A stretch of 63,199 nt of DNA, the filler included, from Perkinsus olseni (lineage: Eukaryota), in assembly GCA_013115125.1 (NCBI GenBank). It is 48 parts of 48 records of this genome, joined end to end, with 100 filler letters (N's around TTAATTAATTAA, not from the genome) between each part and the next. Parts side by side here need not be neighbours in the genome. Positions count along the whole stretch, not along the records: positions 49,025 to 50,227 come from JABANN010002042.1; positions 50,328 to 51,529 come from JABANN010002043.1; positions 51,630 to 52,831 come from JABANN010002044.1; positions 52,932 to 54,133 come from JABANN010002045.1; positions 54,234 to 55,434 come from JABANN010002046.1; positions 55,535 to 56,735 come from JABANN010002047.1; positions 56,836 to 58,032 come from JABANN010002048.1; positions 58,133 to 59,327 come from JABANN010002049.1; 40 more parts are not named here. One strand, 5' to 3'. Of this stretch, positions 49,799 through 61,463 are shown piece after piece. Position numbers and translations under genes: made by a program. Each line of letters opens with the position of its first letter. Position 1 is the stretch's first letter. The notes under the pieces were generated by a model. The model ran no database searches. It was given only the letters and a program-made list of their open reading frames with translations, and was not told the DNA's origin.

Positions 49799-49849
49799 GG
49801 GCAACAGGCGCAAGTACTGTGGGGCCCACAGTACTTGCGCCTGTTGCCC
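49799..49849. repeat. Perfect palindrome, 25-bp arms, 1-nt spacer
   Basis: gggcaacaggcgcaagtactgtggg-g-cccacagtacttgcgcctgttgccc. Confidence 0.95.
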
Positions 49850-50150
49850 CGGTGTTGCCTCATACTCGCAAGGTGTCCAGCACAGGAAGCGAGGCTTACG
49901 CCCAGAGAGATTACACGCGTGTCGTTGCAACGGCTCTTTCCAGCAACGAGGAGTCTAACTGGACCGTGAAGCACACAGACGGGCTGTTCAAAAGACAAGC
50001 GCGAGTTGGTTCCCAGGGAGACAAAAAAAAGACGACGAAGAAGAAGAACGTGGACGTTCTTGAAGAAAGTGCCTCAGGAACGTGACGTTCCGACCCTTGG
50101 TCGAGATCTTCAGGGTCGGCGTCGCGTCCGTTTTACGCTTGCTGAGACGG

Positions 50151-50227
50151 GTCAGTTTGGCCGAGTGGTCTAAGGCGCCAGACTCAAGTTCTGGTGGAGA
50201 GATCCTCGTGGGTTCGAATCCCACAGC
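50151..50227 (+). tRNA. tRNA-Leu(CAA), 3' end cut by the gap
   Basis: TGGCCGAGTGGTCTAAGGC D-arm, CCAGA-CTCAAGT-TCTGG anticodon arm, long variable arm, GGTTCGAATCC. Confidence 0.93.
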
Positions 50228-50329
50228 NNNNNNNNNNNNNNNNNNNNNNNNNNNNNNNNNNNNNNNNNNNNTTAATTAATTAANNNNNNNNNNNNNNNNN
50301 NNNNNNNNNNNNNNNNNNNNNNNNNNNCG

Positions 50330-51529
50330 CTAACGGATGAGAGATGGGAAGAATGTGTACTTGATTGGAGTAAATCAAGATCTGGGCGAGGCGTTGGTAT
50401 AATAGCAGGTGACATCAATTGTCATGGCAGTTGGAGTGGTCTTGGCACTTCAGCGGGCGATAGGGTTGAGGAATGGTGTGTAACAAGGGGACAAGAGGTC
50501 TTGAATGACCCTTTGGTTCCGACACGGATTGCTACTACGACCAACCCCGATGGAGAATTGATGATCCAAGAATCGAGCCCAGACGTGTTTATCGCGAGAA
50601 CGCAAGTAGCAGTGAACTGTTTCTGGGAAGCTTTGCCTGATGAGTGTTGCGGATCGGATCATGTCCCGAGCCAACTAACTTTCCGGTGGCCGCGTGGGGG
50701 AGAACGAGGTGTGGGTAAACCAAGGAAGAAGTGGAAATTGAAGAAGGCCGACTGGAAGTTGTTTAGCGAAGAGCTGGAAGGGGGAGTTGACGTAGATGTG
50801 GAGACAACGAATGCGCAGCAGCTATACGATGCTCTAGAGTTGAATATTAAGATGGCGCTCCGGAAGTCTGTGCCGCGGAGTAGTCGAGCCAAGGAATATG
50901 TTTGGTGGAATGACGAAGTGGATAGTGCGGTGAAAAGTCGAAGAATGGCATTGAAGAGGTTTCGAGAGACAAAAACACTAGAGGACGGGGAAGTCTATTT
51001 AGAAATGAAGAGTTACTGTGGTCAAGTGATAAGGGAGGCGAAGAGGAGAAGTTGGGAGGATTTTTGCTCCACTCTGAATCCGAGTGTACACGATAATGCG
51101 ATATGGCGAGTAATATCGGCTTTGGATGGATCTCAACCGAAGGGTCGAAATCAGTACCCTCTGGTTTTGCCTAAGGTTATTGGAGAGGGACATAATATTT
51201 ATGTTGATGAGAGATCCAAAGCAGAAGCCTTCAATAAACACAATACCCGGTCGGAGCATTACACTGAACGCCGGGACGAAAGAAGAGCATATCGACGTAT
51301 TCGTGATCGTGCTAAGGCAGAATTGTTTGGGGTGAATGTGGAGGGAAGAGATGGGAAATTGGCGAGGGGTACAGTGGTTCGTGTTCTAGTTGGGGATGAG
51401 GATGGGGCGGAGGAATGGTATGAAGGTGTTATCACGCACGTTGATGAATCTGGGGACCATCATCATTGTCGAATTGATTGGATTAATGGCGATGAACCAG
51501 AGTGGCTGGTATTGGACCGTGAGAAATGG
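50330..51529 (+). CDS. LINE ORF2 fragment (APE endonuclease end + linker) running into a Tudor-like domain
   Basis: AGDINCH, SSPDVF, GSDHVP, KADW..F, WWN, AKRRSW..F, KAEAFN; then WYEGVITHVD..CRIDWINGDEPEWL. Confidence 0.85.
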
Positions 51530-51629
51530 NNNNNNNNNNNNNNNNNNNNNNNNNNNNNNNNNNNNNNNNNNNNTTAATTAATTAANNNNNNNNNNNNNNN
51601 NNNNNNNNNNNNNNNNNNNNNNNNNNNNN

Positions 51630-52774
51630 GAGCTCCTCATCGTAGAGCTATGGAACAAGAACGTTCTCGACAACGACTGTATGTTGGACAACGTGTTCGA
51701 GTTAAGCTTTTCCGCTCCGGCCGTGAGCCTGGTTACAAGCTCCTTCCTAAGTGGCAGCCCGACTGGTACATCATGAAGTTCATCCAAGGTGTCAACAACA
51801 AGACGGTGGTCCTACGACATTTCCCTGATCTGTCTGAGAAGGTCATCATCTCCACTGACTTCTTGTTGGCTGACCCGGTTCAGCCTCATGTAGTGCCCCC
51901 TCAACTTGGCGTTGTGCGTATGGACCCCCCGGTAGAAGAAGCCCCTTCTGCGCCGAGCTTTCCCTTTCGACGACTTGGTGATGAGGTTCCGGAAGATGTG
52001 TTTACTCCCCCTCAAGGTCGTGACTATGTTTCGGCCCGAGAAGCGGAGACGGTTGTTCTATCAAGCCCAATTCCGGTACCTCTTGTCCCGGACGCAACGC
52101 TTGGTTGGAGACTACATGGTGTCGAAGTTCGACCGGGCCCTGTTCAACGCGAGATGGCACCGCAAATGTTGGTTGATGACGAGGTTGCTCATGTACGGAG
52201 CCCTGACTCTCAGGACTCTGGTGTGCAGCGAAACGAGATGTTGGCCCCGGAGATCCCCGAGGTTCCCGAGATGGAGGAGGCAGCTGATGATGAGCCTCTT
52301 TCGGTACCGTCACGAGCATCTTCGGACCGACCTTCTTTGGTGCAGTCTCCAGCTTCTTCGGAAGCAGTTGTGGACCCACCAAGTGCGGATCGTGACATCT
52401 CTCTGCTACCGGCGCCATTGACTAGGACTCCGGCATCTGATGCTTCGATGGAGGTGCATCGAGAAGAGAATTCTGAGGCGGATGACTTGTCGTCGCTTCA
52501 TGATCTCTTTGCGACTCCTGAGGGTAGTTCGGCCCGTAGTGCTGCTACCCCTTTGGCCGAAGGTTCGGCCCGTTCAGAAGGTTCTGACCACCCAAGTCCC
52601 GTGGTTGCCGCTGATGACCCTGGCGACCATCAAGATGTTGCTGCGGATTCTCAACCTCAAGGTCCTTCTCAGCCTGAGGTAGCCCCCTCGCATGTGTCGA
52701 GGTCTGGTCGTACGGTTCGACCTCCTAGGAGGTATTCGCCTGGTGCTTATACTTCCCAGGGTGGCCTTAAGTAA
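51630..52774 (+). CDS. Ty3/Gypsy integrase C-terminal tail (paralogue of 13498-14661)
   Basis: Near-identical protein, ends SRSGRTVRPPRRYS; polypurine tract at 52819-52830. Confidence 0.9.
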
Positions 52775-55365
52775 GGTCTATGTGAAAATCCCACCCTTGA
52801 CCCGTGATAGGATTTTGCGGGGAGGAGAGGTNNNNNNNNNNNNNNNNNNNNNNNNNNNNNNNNNNNNNNNNNNNNTTAATTAATTAANNNNNNNNNNNNN
52901 NNNNNNNNNNNNNNNNNNNNNNNNNNNNNNNACTCTGAGTCATCCACAGATGGGACTCGAACGGCTGTCAACAATAACTCAGTGCGTGCCTCCGGCTCCC
53001 AACACCTGCACTAAATAAACATCATGTCCCACCGCTGCATTTTTGTGTCGCGTGTCCCCACACGGTCGGCTTTGATGATATTTGATGGAGTTCCGGACCG
53101 AGACTCTCGGTCCATAACTCGTGCATACCGTATCAGTAATATAATAGGGAGAGCACGAGTTGATGGACGGACGAATAAATCACCAGCTACAGCTGTGGAG
53201 CACTTTGCACCATTCAAGCGCTCTAGCCTATTCCACTTCCTCTGTGTGCTCTGTCAATACAGTGCGTTCGCTTTTGATATGCAAATCGCAAAAACCGGGG
53301 TTTCTCCCTTAGTACGGAGCTTTAAGGGTGAAAGTTGGACTGCTCATGTATTTCTAAGAGAGGAATCCAATGGTGTATCGACCAGCCGTTTCATCGACCG
53401 TTTCATCGTTGTAGAGAGCGCGAAGTGAATTTCGCGCGCGCCAAGTGTTCGGTTTTGGTATGCAACCGTGCCGTTAAGAGGAATTACGCGACGGTAACCA
53501 CACGGCAGGGTCCGTGCGCATTGGGTAGCACTACGTAGAGCCGTATGCTGCTAACACCGGGCTCGCGTAGCACTGTACGCTACAAAATTACCTCGCTTTA
53601 CGATTTTTCGTTGACCCGTGCCTCGCACCATGTAATGATCGATTTGCGGCCGATAACTGGATGATCTGATGCTCGCGGATCTTGCACTACCTGGTGAGAC
53701 CCTCTAAATGTCAAAAAGACCGGAAAGAGGCACACCGCGAGCTTCTTCACTCATGATTGGGCGCACGGTGCTCGGACGTGCGCACGTTATGAACAGTTTC
53801 GTGCACGAAACGGCTCGGATAACAGTACTTCATCAATGTTTTCGGCAACGCATTGCGATTAGCTTGCGATTCGTGTGCGAACTATCGCCCAACTCGCAAA
53901 AATAACGAAAATTTCGTACAATGATAACGCCATGCACTCATATGTGTGGCTTGGGCTGTTTAGTTTAACAGCCTCGATCTACAGCATTAAGCCCTCCAGG
54001 AGAGTATGGGAACAGCGCAGCGCACCCGCGAGAGCACCAAACCTGAGACCCGAAAACGCCGAACCTGCGACCCGTACGCTGGGCCGGACTGCAGGCCGCA
54101 TCTTGGGACTCCGATGAAAGTGCTCCGAGCGGGNNNNNNNNNNNNNNNNNNNNNNNNNNNNNNNNNNNNNNNNNNNNTTAATTAATTAANNNNNNNNNNN
54201 NNNNNNNNNNNNNNNNNNNNNNNNNNNNNNNNNTGTCATTCTTGGATTCAACAATGTCATTCTTGTCTGCTCACGTGTCAAACTTGCACGGGAAATGGTG
54301 TAGTAGTCTTCTTGTTGTTCTTGGTAGTAGTAGTAGTAGTGTTAGCAACAGCAGCAGCAGCAACAGCAGTAGCAGCACAGTATAGCATAGTATCAATGGC
54401 CTCCCATTATTACTATGATGATGAAGTAACCTTAAAGTTCATCTACCATAATACCACTGATGGGCATCATCATCATCACGAGTCGTAGGAGTAGGAGTGC
54501 AGGGGGGAAGTAGTGATGTATAGAGTTAAGCAGATGTGAAATAGTAATTGTATACTACCAGAAAGAAAAAGAATAAGCAGAACAGCGAATAAAAATGTTA
54601 ATAGATTATGCCAAGTGGACGGTATCAGCCTAGATAACCGATGATCATGGCCCTTGAACACGCTTCAGCTTCTTCCCCTCTCATGATGATGATGATGATG
54701 ATGATACAGTTTCAGTGGATTGTTGTGTAGAACGCAGTGGAATAGTATGATAATGTGAAGATACAGTATAAGAATGAGAATACTGTATTATCGTTAGCAT
54801 TATTATGTACACAGAGATACCGATTTATGGAGCTGTGTTGTGGTAGTAGCAGCTCCTTAGATGAATTGACAACACAATGCTCATTAAATCTTAAACACCA
54901 TCTTATCATCATCATGATGATGATGTTTATGGATAGGAAAGATAACAACTAGTACGACCGGGCTATGCGGGCTTTTATCACATAAGAAGTGAGCATCATA
55001 ATGGGGACATTGTGTGTAGGTATCCGTCTACTATTGAAGAGCGAAAGAAGTGTGTCATAGTTATTCAACTACTGTTAGTACTCATGTGTTGATGATAAGA
55101 GGGTATGGTAGTGATGATACTGATGAATCTTCACTCGCCAACAACAAGAGTCGTAGAGCATCATAATATACGTAGCTGATACCTGGTCATTAGCGAACCT
55201 GATGTAACACTCATTCCTTGCACTGCGAAGTCAGTGTTTATTCTCGATAATCTACTATGTTGTTTACTATAATTATTATTACCATAATTCATCCTACGAA
55301 AACTCTTTTTCATGCCCAATACAAGCTGATCCATAATCATCACCATGTGCATGTACATGACGTTC

Positions 55366-55433
<68 letters not shown>

Positions 55434-55434
55434 G
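55366..55434. repeat. (GTT)n microsatellite at contig end
   Basis: Pure GTT run. Confidence 0.95.
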
Positions 55435-55534
55435 NNNNNNNNNNNNNNNNNNNNNNNNNNNNNNNNNNNNNNNNNNNNTTAATTAATTAANNNNNNNNNN
55501 NNNNNNNNNNNNNNNNNNNNNNNNNNNNNNNNNN

Positions 55535-56735
55535 ACCTTGGGCTCGGTACCAGATCCACGAATAGTGACAGTCGCCTGATTGTCAAAGTAAAGAGTAATC
55601 ATCTGAGCATCAGGAGTCATCGGTAAAGTGGACTTCTTGTCCTTATTTCTCGAATCATAACCAGTAGTAACATCACGGACATCAGCTATTTTAGATGAAC
55701 CCAACTCGGTCTTGTAGTTACCGTTACTGCGGAACTCGTCAAACATCTGCTTCATAACCTTCGGATCATCGCAGATGAAATAACCATTATGTTGAGCAAA
55801 GAAACCAACCATCTTACGAAGTTCATTCAGTCGTTCAAGAAGAGTGATACCTTTCTCCTTACGCCAGTAGTTAGCCATCTCGCACCACACACTGCAGGCG
55901 CTGATACCATCCTTATCGGGCACGCTCATAGTAAGTGCACTTCCCAAGGCCTCCTCGTAAGCCGTACAGTGGACCAGATTCGGGTGTTTGGCGGTCATTT
56001 CCAACGACTTGTTGGCCATCCACTTGAAGCCTGTGAGAGTATCAACATAAACTCCGCCGTAGTAATCAGACAAGGCCTTGAGCATCTTAGAGGACACCGT
56101 CGAGTTGATGACCAGACAATTCTTGGGATCGACACCACGACGATGGGCCATCAACAACTGCCAGTCACCGAAAATGGTACCAAGCTCATCACCAGTGAAC
56201 TGATGCCACGACCCGTCCTTCTGCTTCTCGCAAGAAGTAAAACGATCGGCATCCGGATCATTAGCCAATACATAATCAGCATCCTCATCAAGAGCTTGTT
56301 GTTTACTCATATCGAGGGCACCCTTCTCCTCAGGATTTGGGAAAGCTACGGTAGAGAACTCCGGATCAGGATGAGCTTGTGCTTCAACGATTGAGACACA
56401 ACTCTCGGGGATACCGAACTTGTCCAGCAAACCAGTCGCAAACGGCAGACCGACACCTTGCATGGCCGTGTAGACGAACTTCAAGTTGCATTCCTTATTG
56501 AGGTCGGGGAATCGGCATAGTTCATGATACATCTGATCGATGTAGGTATACAAGGCATCATCGTAGGGGTCGATGGTCTTCGACTGGGCGTCTTCCTTCA
56601 ACAGACAAGTATCCAAATCCAACATATTCAAAGCATCTTCCCACGGCGTCAGATTGTCAGCGATTTTGGCCTCAATCTCAGAATCAACTGGAGGAATGAT
56701 TTGAGCACCATTATCGCCGTAGACTTTGAAACCGT
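55535..56735 (-). CDS. PGM2: Phosphoglucomutase/phosphopentomutase (PGM2-type), partial
   Basis: GFKVY..NGAQIIPP, FPNPEE, ANDPDADR, TLTGFKW, YEEALG, DKDG, RGSGTEPK. Confidence 0.93.
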
Positions 56736-56835
56736 NNNNNNNNNNNNNNNNNNNNNNNNNNNNNNNNNNNNNNNNNNNNTTAATTAATTAANNNNNNNNN
56801 NNNNNNNNNNNNNNNNNNNNNNNNNNNNNNNNNNN

Positions 56836-56905
56836 CTCCATCGCAACACAATGAATGCCTAACTCGAGATCGCACGTCTAGCGGCTTTGCTGCGAGTGTG
56901 CCTAG
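56836..56905 (+). mobile_element. Right end of GTG...CTAG element (type A)
   Basis: Junction GTGTGCCTAG|GT; GCGGC-TTT-GCTGC hairpin 12 nt from the end. Confidence 0.85.
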
Positions 56906-57964
56906 GTCCTGAGAGGCCCTATACCTTTGTTCAAGCTCAGCTTTCCAAGACGGTGAGCCAGAATGCTCAGTTGGCGACAGTACAGATAGGCGGAGATGAG
57001 GTCTCGACCCATACAGTTCTCGACACCAACTCTGGTATAGCCGCCAAGGATCAGGTCGCCGACAAGCCCAACGACTCAGCATCACGGTCACCAGCTGATA
57101 ATAAGAAGTCTTCTGCCAGACCCAAGACATGCTGGAGGTGTTTTCAACGTAATCATTCTGCACAAGATTGCCGTTGCCCTCAACCTAAAAAGATAGGGTT
57201 GAGGTGTCGGTGTGGAAGTGGTAAACACGTGACTGCTGTATGCCCCGTTCGTCCAGAGCAACTGAAGTGTGAAAGATGCAGTGACTCATCAACCCTACCC
57301 AATCAGATCCCGCACAGGTCAGGTGTGTGTCCCTATGCCTGGGAAGATATCCAGAAGGTGAAGAATGCTGTTGCTCCGGGTCCTCCAACTAGCCTGGCAC
57401 ATATTGATGGTGTTCTAAGTACTCAACTTCCCGAACTGGAGATCTGTGCCCTTGCCACTGAAGGCGTTACCAGCCGAGCTCTTCAACCTCGTACGCCTAT
57501 CACAGTCGGTGTACCTCATTCATCTTCGACGGTCTCAGTCTTGGCTCTCTGGGACACAGGGGCATCTGGCACGTTCGTCAGGGTAGACGTGTTGGAGGCT
57601 CTAGCTGCTAAATCGGGGAAGAAGTTCACGAAGCCCTCATCTTCTTCTAGTACGGTATGTGCAACCTTGGCTGACAACAAGACCAAAATCGAGCTTTTGG
57701 GAACTTGTCTCATCAAACTGACTTCCCCTAAGACTACAGCTACAGTTCGTGCCTTTGTTACTGACCGGTTGTCCTATCCGTTGGTGATTGGCGTCCCGGC
57801 ACTACTTGCTCTGAGAGCAAATCTTCATTTTGATTCTAATGGAGAGGTTCACATCACAACCGGGGCATCAACGGTCCCCATCTCTACGTCAACCGTTAGT
57901 CCTGTTAAGGGCTCTCTTGTCGCGACTAACCCCACCTGTGCTACAGCTCCATCGGTCGGCCTTG
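56906..57964 (+). CDS. LTR gag-protease fragment (three zinc knuckles, LWDTG)
   Basis: CWRCFQRNHSAQDC, CRCGSGKHVTAVC, CERC..H..VC, ALWDTGASG, LVIG. Confidence 0.85.
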
Positions 57965-58032
57965 GTGAACGGAGGGCTCGCTTCCATGCGGGGTACCTCA
58001 CAAATGTTAGCCCGAGCGGGAAGGGCCCCGCG
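57965..58032 (+). mobile_element. Left end of GTG...CTAG element (type C, diverged)
   Basis: cCTTG|GTGAACGG; homologous to 63133-63199 with the hairpin kept and its loop altered. Confidence 0.8.
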
Positions 58033-58675
58033 NNNNNNNNNNNNNNNNNNNNNNNNNNNNNNNNNNNNNNNNNNNNTTAATTAATTAANNNNNNNNNNNN
58101 NNNNNNNNNNNNNNNNNNNNNNNNNNNNNNNNTCGCACATAGATCGTCGTTTTTCATCAAGTCGAGCAATGGAGGCTAAGCCACGCCCGGCCGCATAATA
58201 GAAATTATAAAACGGGCGAGCGTCGCCGTTCCGAGGCACTTCAGGTTGAGCACGACCTAGAGAGGTGCTGGAGTCTTCGACCCCCTTCCGGGAGGCAGCC
58301 TCCCATAGAGGAAGTTGATCGCGACTAGTAGAATCGGTATCCGTGCAGGTGAAGGTAGCATCAACATTAGAGGCAGTACCGTACTTGACCATATTCAGTG
58401 TCAGATAGACAGTAGACGGTGACATCATCATAGAGGTCCTCGTAGAGGCGGAGAAGGCCAGCCGTAGAGCCAGCAAGAATGTAAGGGGAACGTAAGAGCA
58501 TGAGTACCACGCGTGCTCAGGTAGTTCAAGGCCAATAAGAAGGTATCCTTGACACACGTAACAGACTTCGAGCCGAGGATAGCCGAGGATCCTCGACCTT
58601 GCCGAGGATAGAGAGAGATGAGCCGTTGGCGACATTGATGTGATAAGAGAAACATCCGGTCAAGACACCCGGTGT

Positions 58676-58718
58676 CCGGTGTCATAGACACCGGTGTCAT
58701 AGACACCGGTGTCATAGA
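58676..58718. repeat. 15-bp tandem repeat (~3 copies) containing palindrome GACACCGGTGTC
   Basis: gacaccggtgtcata units. Confidence 0.9.
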
Positions 58719-59067
58719 AGCCAGGTCTACTGACGGGTGTATCACGACTCGTACACCGAAAACTCGTACACTTTCATTTCGTACACGACTCGTACACTGA
58801 ATGCTCGTTCACCCCTTGGATCCGTACACCGTCGTTTCGTACACTTAAAACTCGTACACATAATACTCGTACACATAAAACTCATACACGTAAAACCCAT
58901 ACACATAAAACTCGTACATCGTCAGCTCGTACACGAGCACGACTCGTACACTATGCTGCTTGAGTCGCATTTTTGGGCCGCGCGCTGAGAGCAATGGCGG
59001 AGCGAAGGAAGTAAAATTGTCTATAGAGAGCGAATTGTTTGCGCCACTCTGTTAGTAAATATTCAAT

Positions 59068-59135
59068 AGTGTGAGTGGTATGGAGGTTAAGGTAACGGGT
59101 TATCAATCCAAAGGTCGCGGGTTCGATCCTATGTA
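59068..59135 (+). pseudogene. Degenerate tRNA-like unit
   Basis: TGGTATGGAGG A-box-like, TT-ATC-AA, GGTCGCGGGTTCGATCC. Confidence 0.55.
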
Positions 59136-59203
59136 CAGATTCGGCACGACAGGGAGGAGATAAATAGCCAAGTAGAGGCGGCAGTGCGCCGGCGGAGCCG
59201 GCG

Positions 59204-59258
59204 GAAAATTTTTTAGGCAAGTCGCGGAGCGGCTCCGCGACTTGCCTAAAAAATTTTC
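59204..59258. repeat. Perfect palindrome, 27-bp arms, 1-nt spacer
   Basis: gaaaattttttaggcaagtcgcggagc-g-gctccgcgacttgcctaaaaaattttc. Confidence 0.95.
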
Positions 59259-59779
59259 GCAGGGTGTACGAAATGACGGTGTACGAGTTGAAAGTGGGTG
59301 TGTGTATGAAATGACGGTGTACGAGCANNNNNNNNNNNNNNNNNNNNNNNNNNNNNNNNNNNNNNNNNNNNTTAATTAATTAANNNNNNNNNNNNNNNNN
59401 NNNNNNNNNNNNNNNNNNNNNNNNNNNACTTCAATCTGCATCTACTTCTGGACTTATCTCACTTCATCAACCAGCCTCAAGTGACAATACGTCTAGCCGG
59501 CCTCGAATTAGCTGTAGCCATCTTGAACCGAGTACGACCACGAGCCACGGAAACCAGACAACATCAAGGTAGGTCTTGAGAAAAGCGATCTCCACGTGGA
59601 TTCTCTGAGGTTACTCGCAGAAAGATGGGCATGATCAGAAACAACATCAGACAAATCCAACATAACGGCGTTATCTGCTCTGGCCAGAAACAGGAACGCA
59701 TAAGAAAGGAGCGGCTGCACGAAAGATCGCACAGCAGTCGCAGAATCAATCGCGCGACACAGAATATCGGCGGTATTAC

Positions 59780-60618
59780 ACCGCGCTTACCCTCCATCAT
59801 AGGGCCCTTGCCAACCGTTGTATGGTGCACTATAATCGGCCCTCTCTTCACCGCCGGAACGGCGGGGAGCTGGAGGAACGCACCGACCTAGGTCGAAACG
59901 AGGGGGAGGTGGAAGTCGGACCACAGTAGACAGCCAACCAACCGAAGTGACATCTCTCAGGATATCTTCCGGCAATTCTCGCTGATCATCATTACCAGAC
60001 AAGGGGGCGTCTTACGCTTGATCAACAACATCTTAGACACCGTCAACGCACGACTTTCCGACCCAACGGGGTTCCGAGGAGGAGATTACTCCTCCCTCGC
60101 AGAACCAAAACCAGGAGAACGTTCAGGAGTAGACACAACCGACCCGGGAGAACTTGGGGGAGATTCGGGATAACAACCGGAGTCTCAGCTCGGGGATTCA
60201 CCAAACCTTCAACCACAGGGGAGATTCGGGATAGCCAACTAGAGTCTTAGCTCGGAGACCCATCAAACCTTCTTCCACACCATCTTCCACTGCCGCCACA
60301 GTCATCACTGATGACTCATCAGGGAACCAGAGAGAACAGGGACCTCATTCAGTAGCTCATACTGAAACCGACCAGGACGTCAAGGCAGCTTCAAGCCAAG
60401 AGGCAAGACGTGAAAACAGACGTTGAAGTCCAGAACATCCGCAATATTACAAGTACCAACACTCGCCGTCCAAATGAAGTTCAGTGGTCACGGCCACACC
60501 AGAGAAGCCCAGACGAGGAAAACGTTCCAAACCTCATAAGAAGGAGATGCCACAGCTAGTTTCCAGGACTAGTCGGCTTAGAATGGAAAGGGCAGTCACG
60601 GGCAAAGTGACCCGCCTT
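59780..60618 (-). pseudogene. Degenerate, probably internally deleted Gypsy element
   Basis: gag end KAGHFARDCP..PGN* parallels 15017-15100; no protease motif follows; P/S-rich tail ending PRRSGG..YS. Confidence 0.45.
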
Positions 60619-60718
60619 NNNNNNNNNNNNNNNNNNNNNNNNNNNNNNNNNNNNNNNNNNNNTTAATTAATTAANNNNNNNNNNNNNNNNNNNNNNNNNN
60701 NNNNNNNNNNNNNNNNNN

Positions 60719-61463
60719 ACTCTCCAACTCACCCCTCGTTACCGCTATCGGCTCAGTGGCCCAACACAACACCCCTACTGATGTAAGAGACTCTATAACG
60801 GCTAATGTCCGTTATCCATCGGTGGGAGGGGTTCGACTCCCTTATACAGCACCGCCGCTGGTGTTGAGCATTATACGATCGTGTGCTCAGGATTACCCCC
60901 CAATGAGATCAGACTCGTGGTTCCGCTTTGGTACCTACCTAGGAACTTGCAACTTTGGCGAAGACTGGGAAGAGGAGAAAACTACCAAGAAGAGCATCAA
61001 TATTCACATCATGGATCGTCAGTTTCATACACACGCCGCTCGTTGCCCCGAAACTGCAACTCGACCGTCCTTTCTAATATCGTAGGCGAGGCAATGGTGT
61101 CTGTCGGACGTTAGTCTCATCAATGTTTGTTTCAGCTACAGAGATGACACAAAGCTGCACTGGTATGCCACGGGTGACAGTTGGGAAGTCAGCCTTCCGA
61201 CCGTTATCTTCCCACGAGGCCCTCCTGAAAACACTGGCCGTGATCCCCTTCGAGAGCTAAAATATGAGGGAGAGGATTACTCTATTGCAGATTATTGTTC
61301 TACCGTTATACAGGCCGTTGGGAAACTCTGGACCTTCAAAGATTTGTGCAACAAATTCCATGAAGGGTACCTAGCAGCCATGGAAGCTGCTGATCGTGAA
61401 GGATGGCAGAAGGTTCCAAACAAAGGCATCAATCATACGGATTATTTCCCTCCTCGAAGATAG
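60719..61463 (+). CDS. Hypothetical protein, 3' part with intron 61082-61135
   Basis: A GT-AG intron joins ..PSFLIS to YRDDTK..FPPRR* in frame. Confidence 0.55.

Larger units (their letters stand above)
58735..59327. mobile_element. MITE/foldback-like element with CTCGTACAC subterminal repeats
   Basis: About ten (C)TCGTACAC motifs at 58748-58951 and inverted GTGTACGA copies at 59264-59325. Confidence 0.6.

Noticed and set aside
52932-54133. Short ORFs here and in contigs 17430-18661, 29359-30577, 37258-38469, 41191-42320 and 45400-46317
   Set aside because: No recognisable motifs, so no product call can be supported
56836-56907. Canonical Helitron
   Set aside because: Hairpin + CTAG fits, but the next base is G, T or A rather than always T, and the left ends start GTG rather than TC
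59428-59498. Another right end (CTAG 69 bp from contig start)
   Set aside because: Followed by CC rather than NT, with no family hairpin or similarity
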